In this document: in pieces, positions 57,038 to 64,000 of the stretch
Numbering within the stretch: the first letter of the stretch is position 1
How the letters are laid out: every line of letters starts with the position of its first letter
NCBI GenBank assembly: GCA_963735185.1
Contig: CAVTJV010000007.1
Span: forward strand, 1,343,009 to 1,407,008
Direction of reading: 5' to 3'
DNA from: an uncultured Thermoplasmata archaeon
GTDB taxonomy: Archaea; Thermoplasmatota; Thermoplasmata; Lutacidiplasmatales; UBA184
Length of the DNA stretch: 64,000 nucleotides
Notes under the pieces: generated by a model
The model's input: only the letters and a program-made list of their open reading frames with translations
Told to the model about the DNA's origin: nothing
The model's database searches: none
Program-made: the position numbers and the translations under genes

Positions 57038-57251
57038 CTCACGCGGAGGGCGATCTGCGCTCCAGCGATGGTCCGAGGGCCAATTGGCGGAGGCCCATCC
57101 CCTCTGGACCGGTGCCGACGTGGGTGGGCCAGGTGGTCAGCGCAGATTAATCCGAGGGGAGCCAACGGGTATTGGGATCGCGCCTTGCCCCCTTTCACAC
57201 CTAGGAATTCCCGGAACTGAGCCGGGTCATAGGGTTCGATGCGGGGTGCCT

Positions 57252-57719
57252 TCAGTTAAGTCTCTCGCCGCGGCGTAGCCTTTCGATTGCCGTAGCCACT
57301 CGACGCTTGCGGGTCGCTTCTTGCTTTGCTCCGGCAACCCAGCGAACGTACGCCCGTTGCTGCGAGGGAGTGAGGCTGTTGAAGGCCGCCTTCGCCCGGG
57401 AGTCGCGCGCGAACGCCCGTTGGAGGACGGGGGGCACTTGGATCCCAATTGGGTTGGAGTCCAGCTCGAGTTCCAGTCGGACGACATCTCCCGTTGACTT
57501 GCGAATCCGGTCGCGCAGTTCGCTGTTGACGACCACGAAGACCTCACCGCCTCCTCGAGGAATCAGGGAACTTCGAAACGGGGTTCCTTCGATCGTTCCT
57601 TTGACTCGCATCCGTGCCCGGAACCCTGCCTTGACAGCTTCCAGCTCCGGCACGCGAACGAAGGTCCAGGCACCCGCAACGTCGGGCCGGATCAGCTGGG
57701 AGGAGAACGAAACCCGCAT
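57252..57719 (-). CDS. DUF1905 + YdeI-like C-terminal domain protein
   Basis: WTFVRVPE...RMRVKGTIEGTPFRSSLIP (DUF1905), and LTPSQQRAYVRWVAGAKQEATRKRRV (YdeI/OmpD-associated). Confidence 0.65.
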   Translation of the reverse strand: MRVSFSSQLIRPDVAGAWTFVRVPELEAVKAGFRARMRVKGTIEGTPFRSSLIPRGGGEVFVVVNSELRDRIRKSTGDVVRLELELDSNPIGIQVPPVLQRAFARDSRAKAAFNSLTPSQQRAYVRWVAGAKQEATRKRRVATAIERLRRGERLN

Positions 57720-57998
57720 CCTGCCTCTCCCGTATGAAGGGTGCATAAGAAACATTTCGCCGCGGCCAGAGGAAACGACCTGCGTGACGATGCCTCTCCT
57801 AGGCTGAAGCGAGGTGCACCGTACTTGTACCTACGCCGAGGATTGGGCTCGGCGAAGAAGATCGGGGAGGAAAGGGTTCACCGGACGTTCGCGGCCTGCT
57901 AGGTCCCACTCACCCGTTTCGTCGTCCTGGTAGCATCGGTTCCGGGCCGGCGGGCGGACCGGGCATCGGGTGCAAGGGTAGTGAGACTTCTGTCGCGA

Positions 57999-58253
57999 TC
58001 ATTCCGAGAGGAGCTTTTCGAGGCGCACGTAGAGCTCCTGGAGCTCCTTCTCTTTCTGTCGTCCGCCTTCCCAGCGCGCGTTCACGACCTGCACCAAGAG
58101 GTCCGCGACCTTGTCCATCCACGGTCCCTCCTGGGCATCGAACCGTTGCTTCACCTTCTCGCGGAGGAGCTCGTTGTAGGCACGGTACGCCGACCACATC
58201 CACGGCCCGAAGTTCGGCTCGCACGACGCATACTCTCCCTCATTCTCGGTCAT
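57999..58253 (-). CDS. Hypothetical small helical protein (84 aa)
   Basis: Coding-like composition. No family recognised. Confidence 0.4.
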   Translation of the reverse strand: MTENEGEYASCEPNFGPWMWSAYRAYNELLREKVKQRFDAQEGPWMDKVADLLVQVVNARWEGGRQKEKELQELYVRLEKLLSE

Positions 58254-58422
58254 CTTGTTCCTCGGGAACCTTCGTTCCCGTCACCCTCACCTCGGCGAGG
58301 AGGATATTGACCGGGTCGCCTCCGGTTCGGTCACACGCCAGAGGCATCGCGCGCGGTGGGGTTGAGCTAGTAACGGGCACGTTACCGACGGGCTAAGTGC
58401 CTCAGGTCCTCTCATCGGCCCA

Positions 58423-59040
58423 ATGGTGACCGACTGGGACGGGCTGTCCGAAGAGCGGTCGAAAGGGCTGGACGAGCGCGTGCTCTCGACCCTCCTTGGC
58501 CTCGGGGGACGTATCGCTTTCAGCGGCCTGCGACGGGTCCTTCACGCCCATCCGGAGTCGCTCTCGCGTTCCTTGCGTCGGCTCGAGCGGGAGGGCCGTA
58601 TCGAGCGCGCGAGCGACGGGTACCGCGCGGTCGGTAACGACTCGAACCGGCTCCCCCAAAGAACCTCGGAGCTTCGGCCGATCGCACAGGTGGAACTGCC
58701 TCCGGGAACGGTCTCGGGCTCGGTGCTGGGGCGCCTTTCGGGACGGTGGTTCGGTTCGTTGCGATGGGTCGGGGTCGTGGATAGGCCGACCGGTAGGCTC
58801 CTGACCTGGGCCCGGAGGGATGGGGCTGGCTACGTCCTCCTGGGAATCCATCGGGGTGTCCTTCGTGTGTACGTGCGGGACGACGACTCCGGTGACGAGG
58901 TAGGCGAAGCGGAGGATTCGGCCTACGAGCTGCTGACCCACGCCGTGGACGCGTTGCGTCCTTCCGCGCAGGGCCCGACCGGTTCGGTGAGCTTCCTCGC
59001 GGCAAGTTCGGGGACCCTATTCGCGCTTTTCGAGAACTGA
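58423..59040 (+). CDS. Winged helix-turn-helix transcriptional regulator-like protein
   Basis: N-terminal VLSTLLGLGGRIAFSGLRRVLHAHPESLSRSLRRLEREGRIER has the wHTH pattern of ArsR/MarR-like archaeal regulators. The C-terminal domain is unknown. Confidence 0.55.
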   Translation: MVTDWDGLSEERSKGLDERVLSTLLGLGGRIAFSGLRRVLHAHPESLSRSLRRLEREGRIERASDGYRAVGNDSNRLPQRTSELRPIAQVELPPGTVSGSVLGRLSGRWFGSLRWVGVVDRPTGRLLTWARRDGAGYVLLGIHRGVLRVYVRDDDSGDEVGEAEDSAYELLTHAVDALRPSAQGPTGSVSFLAASSGTLFALFEN

Positions 59041-59250
59041 GGCGATGCCGTACCGTATCGCACCAGGACCGGTGGGAGGGCTGCTCTCGGCGATATTGGG
59101 CGGATCGCACCTTGCACCGAGATTTGGCACGATGCGCGCTTACACCCCCTGCAACGAAGGGAGTCACGTCGACCGCTCGTTCAAGAACGGATCTGTTCTC
59201 CCGTCGCCTCCCGTCGCGCGACAGACAGTTCTTATTCGTGGCGGCCGCTC

Positions 59251-59982
59251 GTGGTAACCGTGGTAAACCCGTCGCCGGATGACGAGCTGTTCCCGGGAGG
59301 ATTCCAGAAGCCGTCCTCGGTCTTCATCTCGGGAGCCAGCCGAACGCTGTTGAAGTGGTTCGCCTTCGCCTGGCTTGCCCCCTACGGTTCGCGGGTCCAC
59401 TGGACCGACGTTCGGCTGCCGGGAGAGATCCTCGACCCGCTTGACCCGATGGCCCTGCACGCAGTTCCGGAGGATTCCGTCTACGTCCTCGAGCCCCGGG
59501 ACCTTTTCCCGGACGATCAGGGCGGCCGGGCTGAGGCGGCCGCGGCAACGATGCTCGAGTCGCATGAGTCTCCGGATTCGGTTCGAGGCCTTGTGGAGTT
59601 CCTTCGCATGCCGCCGCACGGTCAGAAACTGATCGCGGCCACGGGGCGTGCGGAATCCCCTTCCATCCTGGTGACGACAAACTCCCAACGTATCGCCATC
59701 GCCTACGCCCAAGATCGCCTCGAACCGCTGATGCGCGCTATGTTGGAGGCCGGGACGTGCCAGGTCGCACTTTGGGCCGAGGCTCCGACGACCCTCACTT
59801 CGATGTTCGATGCAATTCTCGCCTTGGAGGGGAACGACCCTACCGACTGGCGGAATGCAACCATCCGCTGCGAGAGGGGTATCTCGACGGGCGTGCTTTC
59901 GAAGGGAAGAGCCATCCGTCTTGCGGACATCGAGTCGATCGCGACGGTTCTTGAGAAGTTCATTCCGGCACGGCCTAAGTGA
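59251..59982 (+). CDS. Hypothetical protein, possibly KaiC/RecA-superfamily fold with degenerate Walker A
   Basis: DDELFPGGFQKPSSVFISGASRTLLKWFAFAWL parallels LD.LLGGGip.Gs..li.G.pGtGKT..a.qF, but GASRT replaces GxGKT. Confidence 0.4.
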   Translation: MVTVVNPSPDDELFPGGFQKPSSVFISGASRTLLKWFAFAWLAPYGSRVHWTDVRLPGEILDPLDPMALHAVPEDSVYVLEPRDLFPDDQGGRAEAAAATMLESHESPDSVRGLVEFLRMPPHGQKLIAATGRAESPSILVTTNSQRIAIAYAQDRLEPLMRAMLEAGTCQVALWAEAPTTLTSMFDAILALEGNDPTDWRNATIRCERGISTGVLSKGRAIRLADIESIATVLEKFIPARPK

Positions 59983-60074
59983 CCGACTCGGACTTGGTCG
60001 CTAGCGGTCCTGATGAACCGCCCTGTTCCCGACCGACAAGCTGCCGAAAGCCGGTCATCCTGAGACGGACGGGT

Positions 60075-60587
60075 TCAGATCCTCTGGACCATCTCGTCTA
60101 CGGCTCGTCGTGGCGTTTCGGGGGGGTCCTCGGCGCCGTGACCGACCGCGATGATGGCGATAGGTCGTAACTTCGTTTCGCCGCACACAGCTCTCACGGC
60201 GGACTCTTCGAACGCGCCGACCCACACGGTGGAAAGGCCTTCGTTCGTGGCGGCCAGAACGGCGAAGCAGGCCGCGATCGTCGCGTCCTGGACGGCGTAC
60301 AGGGACGCTCCTCGGCGCCGGTATTTCGTGGCCGAACGGTCCGGGTCGACGAAGAACACGAGGTCAATCGGAGCCTGCGCGAGGAACGGTTGCTCGCCCG
60401 CAGCGGCGGCAAGGAGCTGACGCTTCCGTGGGGAACCCACCACGAAGACGTGGTACGCCTGCAGGTTGCCGGCCGAGGGTGCCCGCGAGACGGCGTGAAG
60501 GACCCGGTCCAGGGCTGCCGAGTCCACCGACTCCTCGGAGTAGACTCGAATCGAACGTCGGCGCTCGATAACCTCCTGAAACTCCAT
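60075..60587 (-). CDS. Nitroreductase family protein
   Basis: IERRRSIRVY, SAGNLQ, and the DxxIAACF pattern. Confidence 0.8.
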   Translation of the reverse strand: MEFQEVIERRRSIRVYSEESVDSAALDRVLHAVSRAPSAGNLQAYHVFVVGSPRKRQLLAAAAGEQPFLAQAPIDLVFFVDPDRSATKYRRRGASLYAVQDATIAACFAVLAATNEGLSTVWVGAFEESAVRAVCGETKLRPIAIIAVGHGAEDPPETPRRAVDEMVQRI

Positions 60588-60696
60588 GGACCCACCGTAG
60601 CTGGTTGACCCCTAGGCCTCCTCGGTTAACTCCTTGAGGGTCTTCGGGGTCGTTTCCGCTCGCCCTCACCCCCCACGCGCGCCGAGCGCGGTTCTG

Positions 60697-61116
60697 TCAC
60701 GGACCGCGGGCTGAGGACCTGTTCAGGGCCGCGGCGGCGCGGACCAGGGACTTGAACCCCTCGCCGTCGATCTCGTCTCCCTCACGGAGAACGATGGCGC
60801 GCATGGAGTTGCCTTCGAGGCCGGAGTTGAAGAGGCTTTTCGGGTCCTTGAGAGAAGCTCCCTTGGCGAAGGTCAGCCTCACGTGGTTCGTGTGGGCCTC
60901 GCCGGTGCAGATGATCCCGTCGTGCGACCATACCGGAACGCCTGCGGGGTTCGCCGGCCTCCTCCATTTCACCTCCTCGACGACGTCGGGGACGGCCTGT
61001 CGGATGAGGCCGCGAATCCGGGATAACGTCTCGCCACGCCAGTCGGGCAGCTCCTTGAGCCTCGCGTCCACCAGCTTCGAGGGAAACTCGGCGTCCTGCG
61101 AGGCATTCTTCTTCAT
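60697..61116 (-). CDS. DUF1801 (YdhG-like) domain protein
   Basis: LSRIRGLIRQAVPDVVEEVKW...VRLTFAKGASL is typical of DUF1801. Confidence 0.65.
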   Translation of the reverse strand: MKKNASQDAEFPSKLVDARLKELPDWRGETLSRIRGLIRQAVPDVVEEVKWRRPANPAGVPVWSHDGIICTGEAHTNHVRLTFAKGASLKDPKSLFNSGLEGNSMRAIVLREGDEIDGEGFKSLVRAAAALNRSSARGP

Positions 61117-61337
61117 GCTCCTGCACCCAGATGGTCCCGGGTTTATCTCGAATCGGGTCTTCGCGCAGCGCCTTCGTGGGGCCCCCTCGATGAGGGGAGC
61201 ACCCGGGTCGATCGCCTCGTACGGGCCAGGACCGCCCGGGGAGGCTTGGAGTGTCCCGCGGTCGGTCGGACGCTCCCGGGTTTCGTGGACCCGCGTGCAA
61301 CGACCCGGCGGCGGGAATCGGCCGTCCGCCAGCGACG

Positions 61338-61966
61338 TCAGGGAGCCAGTGGGGGGGAGGAACCGGACTCTTCTGGGACAGTTCGGTCGAGCGCGCGCGG
61401 GTCACGTACTCAAACCCTTCCTGCACGGCCTTCACGTTCAGGGGGATGTACACCGCCTTCCGTCCGGTCAGGAAGTGTCCGAAGACCTCCCGAATTCCCT
61501 CGAGCTCGTCCCGGAGGTTCTCGCCACTGACCGCGAGGCAGGCCCCGAACATCACACTGTTCGCAGCGATCGTGGTGTCCTTGCCCTTCTCCGGACTGTA
61601 CTCGCGCAGCCCACCGGCGAGCTCGGTCGCCGGTACCTCCACGACGGTCACGTCGTCGCGCTGGGGGGTCTCCTTCACGAGCGAGCTGTTGACCAGGAGG
61701 GTCCCTCCCGCCTTCAAGAGGGGAAGAAAGTCGAGCGAGGGACGGTTCATCACGACCAGGATGTCCGGGTCCTCGACGATGGGGGAATCGATCCGCTCGT
61801 CCGAGCTGACGACATAGCACTTCACCTTCCCCCCGCGGGTCTCAGGACCGTAGGACGGCGTGTAGGCGACGTGCCGCCCCCGGACGAGGTTGAAGTAGGC
61901 GAGCCAGTTCGCGAGCTCCAGGACCCCTTGGCCACCGTGGCCGGCGAGGATCGTCTCGATCTTCAT
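61338..61966 (-). CDS. korC: 2-oxoacid:ferredoxin oxidoreductase gamma subunit; the C-terminus needs a single-base correction
   Basis: MKIETILAGHGGQGVLELANWLA...SYGPETRGGKV is the canonical gamma N-terminus, with an ATGA start/stop overlap with korB. As assembled, the frame has no stop until 60782 and runs through the DUF1801 gene. Adding one base to the G7 run at 61351-61357 gives ...KSPVPPPPLAP* with the stop at 61340-61338. Confidence 0.7.
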
Positions 61967-62763
61967 CGCTTCTCCACCCCGAACTTGTCCTTGAAGAGGC
62001 CCGGCGGGAAGACCTTCGCCAGGACGTCGGTCGCGTACTGCTTCGACTTGAGGATCGACATCTTCCAGTTGACGTTGCAGGTGCTGACGAACTCGACGAA
62101 GGAGAATCCGCCCATCTCCTGGACCCGGAACGCGTTCCGCACGCTTCGCTCGCCTTCGAGCGACCCGCGAGCGTTGTAGAAGTCGCCCGCCGGGGTCGGG
62201 GTCACGGGCAGGAGGACCCGCTTCACGTAAGCCGGGGCTTCGAAGGTCGCGAGAAGCTTGGACGCGTCGATCGGGGCCCCGGTGACGGCGACATCCCTCC
62301 CGTGCGGGGTCGTCATGGTGACCATGCCCTCGGGTGTGGTCGGAGCCATCTGGCCACCGGTCATGCCGTAGATGCCGTTGTTGACCAGGAAGACGGTGAT
62401 CGGCTCGCCCCGGTTCGCCGCGTAGATGAGCTCGGATAGGCCGATGGAGACCGCGTCCCCGTCCCCCTGGACAGCGAAGACCAGTAGCTCGGGGTGCATC
62501 CGCTTGATGCCGGTCATCACGGCGGGCGCCCTTCCGTGGGGGGACTGGATGGCATCGACGTTGATGTACTCGTGAGCGAGAACGCTGCATCCGACCGAGT
62601 CGACCAGGACGGTTCGTTCCCTCACCCCCATCTCATGAAGGGCGTACGCGATCAGCCGCGTCAAGGTCCCGTGTTCGCAACCCGCGCAATAGTGCGTAGG
62701 CTTGCCGGTGAGCGTGGGCAGCGGGCCGAGCTTGACCTCGTAGTGTCCTTCGATATCGATCAT
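61963..62763 (-). CDS. korB: 2-oxoacid:ferredoxin oxidoreductase beta subunit (TPP-binding)
   Basis: YCAGCEHG and VNNGIYGMTGGQMAPTT. ATGA overlaps with both neighbouring genes. Confidence 0.9.
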   Translation of the reverse strand: MIDIEGHYEVKLGPLPTLTGKPTHYCAGCEHGTLTRLIAYALHEMGVRERTVLVDSVGCSVLAHEYINVDAIQSPHGRAPAVMTGIKRMHPELLVFAVQGDGDAVSIGLSELIYAANRGEPITVFLVNNGIYGMTGGQMAPTTPEGMVTMTTPHGRDVAVTGAPIDASKLLATFEAPAYVKRVLLPVTPTPAGDFYNARGSLEGERSVRNAFRVQEMGGFSFVEFVSTCNVNWKMSILKSKQYATDVLAKVFPPGLFKDKFGVEKR

Positions 62764-63827
62764 TGGGCCATCCCCTCCACTTCGCGAACGATCTCTGAGG
62801 GCGAAGGGAAAAGGCCCCCGACCCGTTGCAACCCCTCGATTCGGGCTCGGCCGGCGGTCGCGAGCTGCACGTCCTGGATCATCTGGCCCGTGTTGAGCTC
62901 GACCACGATGAACCTTCGGACCCCGCGGTTGACCAACGCCTCGAGCTCCCCTTTGGGGAACGGCGAGAGGGTGATCGGCCGCAGGAGTCCGGCTCGGACC
63001 CCCTTGGCGCGGAGCGCGCCGACGGCGCGCTGGCAGAGGCGCGCGCAGATCCCGTAGGCTACGAGGACGATGTCCGCGTCCTCCGTCTGGAACTTCTCGG
63101 ACCTCTGTTCCGACCGGTCGACTTCTTCGAACTTGGACCGGAGGTGCTCGGAATGGCGGCTCAGCTCCGGGATGTCGAGATGCATGGAGCTGATGACGTG
63201 CCGCTCGGAACCTCGGGCTCCGGTGGTCGCCCAGGAGGTGTCGAACTCCGGGGCTGGGACCTTGGGGAATTCGAGGTCCTCCTTGAGCTGGCCCAGGAAG
63301 GCGTCGGTGAGGACGATCACCGGTGTTCGATACTGGAAGGCGAGCGAGAACGCGAGCGCGGGAAAGGCCGCCATCTCGGGCACCGAGCTCGGCGCGAGAA
63401 CGATGGTGCGGTACCCTCCATGCCCCCCTCCCTTGGTAGCCTGGAAGTAGTCCGACTGCTCGGGTCCGAGGTTCCCGAGGCCCGGCCCGCCTCGGTTCAC
63501 GTCGACAATGAGCATCGGCAGCTCCATCCCCGCGGCGAAGGAGATTCCCTCCTGCTTGAGGCTGAACCCGGGACCGGAAGTGGCGGCCATGACCTTCGCC
63601 CCCGTCGCGGCCGCTCCGATGACCATGTTGATCGCCTCGATCTCGCTTGCGGCCTGGAGAAAGACCTTGAACGCAGGGTATTGGGGATTGCCGAACTCGG
63701 CCGCGAGGGTTTCCGGTATCTCGCTCGAGGGCGTGATGGGATACCCGAAAAAAGCATTGAGCCCGGTTCGGAGGGCCCCGTAGGCCAGCGCTTCGTTTCC
63801 CTTGAGGAAGTCGCGGGCCGTGGTCAT
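62760..63827 (-). CDS. korA: 2-oxoacid:ferredoxin oxidoreductase alpha subunit
   Basis: GNEALAYGALRTGLNAFFGYPITPSSEI is the canonical alpha N-terminus. I trimmed the start to the ATG at 63827. Confidence 0.9.
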   Translation of the reverse strand: MTTARDFLKGNEALAYGALRTGLNAFFGYPITPSSEIPETLAAEFGNPQYPAFKVFLQAASEIEAINMVIGAAATGAKVMAATSGPGFSLKQEGISFAAGMELPMLIVDVNRGGPGLGNLGPEQSDYFQATKGGGHGGYRTIVLAPSSVPEMAAFPALAFSLAFQYRTPVIVLTDAFLGQLKEDLEFPKVPAPEFDTSWATTGARGSERHVISSMHLDIPELSRHSEHLRSKFEEVDRSEQRSEKFQTEDADIVLVAYGICARLCQRAVGALRAKGVRAGLLRPITLSPFPKGELEALVNRGVRRFIVVELNTGQMIQDVQLATAGRARIEGLQRVGGLFPSPSEIVREVEGMAQ

Positions 63828-64000
63828 GGTTTCCACCTCGATACCTCGGTGATCGCGAAGTCCGGGCAGACCCAGTAACAGATACCGCACGCCGTGCAGG
63901 CGCCCTTCTTCCCGTGGTACTCGAACACGGCCGGGTGGTAGCCGCTTCGGTTCAGAGCATCCGAGAGGTGCAGGTTCTGCTGCGGACACGCCACGACGCA
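63824..64000 (-). CDS. korD: 2-oxoacid:ferredoxin oxidoreductase delta subunit (4Fe-4S ferredoxin), 5'-truncated by the window edge
   Basis: Hand translation: CVVACPQQNLHLSDALNRSGYHPAVFEYHGKKGACTACGICYWVCPDFAITEVSRWKP*, with two Cys clusters (C..ACP and CxxCxxCxxxCP). The stop overlaps the korA ATG (ATGA). Confidence 0.8.
   Translation of the reverse strand, partial: CVVACPQQNLHLSDALNRSGYHPAVFEYHGKKGACTACGICYWVCPDFAITEVSRWKP

Noticed and set aside
60782-61337. Long C-terminal extension of korC (gamma subunit) giving a 395-aa protein
   Set aside because: The extension is R/P/G-rich and overlaps the well-supported DUF1801 gene in another frame. Gamma subunits are about 180-210 aa. A one-base correction in the G7 run yields a normal-length protein.

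Overview
High-GC (about 60-70%) archaeal chromosomal segment. Archaeal markers are the RNase P protein Rpp21/Rnp4, Tsr3, an archaeal-type GluRS, a DhnA-type class I aldolase, a thermopsin-like protease, an intron-containing tRNA and a korDABC 2-oxoacid:ferredoxin oxidoreductase operon. An uncultivated Thermoplasmatota-like lineage is my guess only. I can support about 60 protein genes and 2 tRNAs. I see no rRNA, CRISPR array, integrase, transposase or recognisable defence or mobile-element gene. Layout: 0-9.5 kb is housekeeping. 9.6-31.3 kb has lower GC and bacterial-looking cargo: a GH130 + GT4 pair, and a TyrDC-like decarboxylase + antiporter + P3A H+-ATPase + PPK2 block that looks like a proton-homeostasis island. 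34-46 kb is an accessory stretch of small membrane, zinc-ribbon and secreted proteins with internal paralogy. 46-61 kb holds many small stress or detox-type enzymes (VOC, RibD_C, SnoaL, methyltransferases, nitroreductase, DUF1801/DUF1905). 61-64 kb is korDABC. Four observations stand out. (1) A dispersed intergenic repeat superfamily is built on GTTGCACCC / imperfect GGTGCAAC-N-GTTGCACC palindromes and a C-rich core GAACCCCCC-NN-TAGACAACCCCCTCC, with at least 6 long copies and about 20 short motif hits. (2) tRNA-Gln(CUG) has its T-loop split by a roughly 34-nt insert. (3) Five frame breaks in four genes are each repaired by adding one base to a G/C homopolymer, so I read them as a systematic assembly artefact rather than pseudogenisation. 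(4) An unannotated 52-aa ORF has histidines in strict heptad register. I did not find a gene cluster I can defend as a new multi-gene system. The paralogous small-protein modules at 34-37.5 kb and 42.4-45 kb are the best candidates for follow-up.
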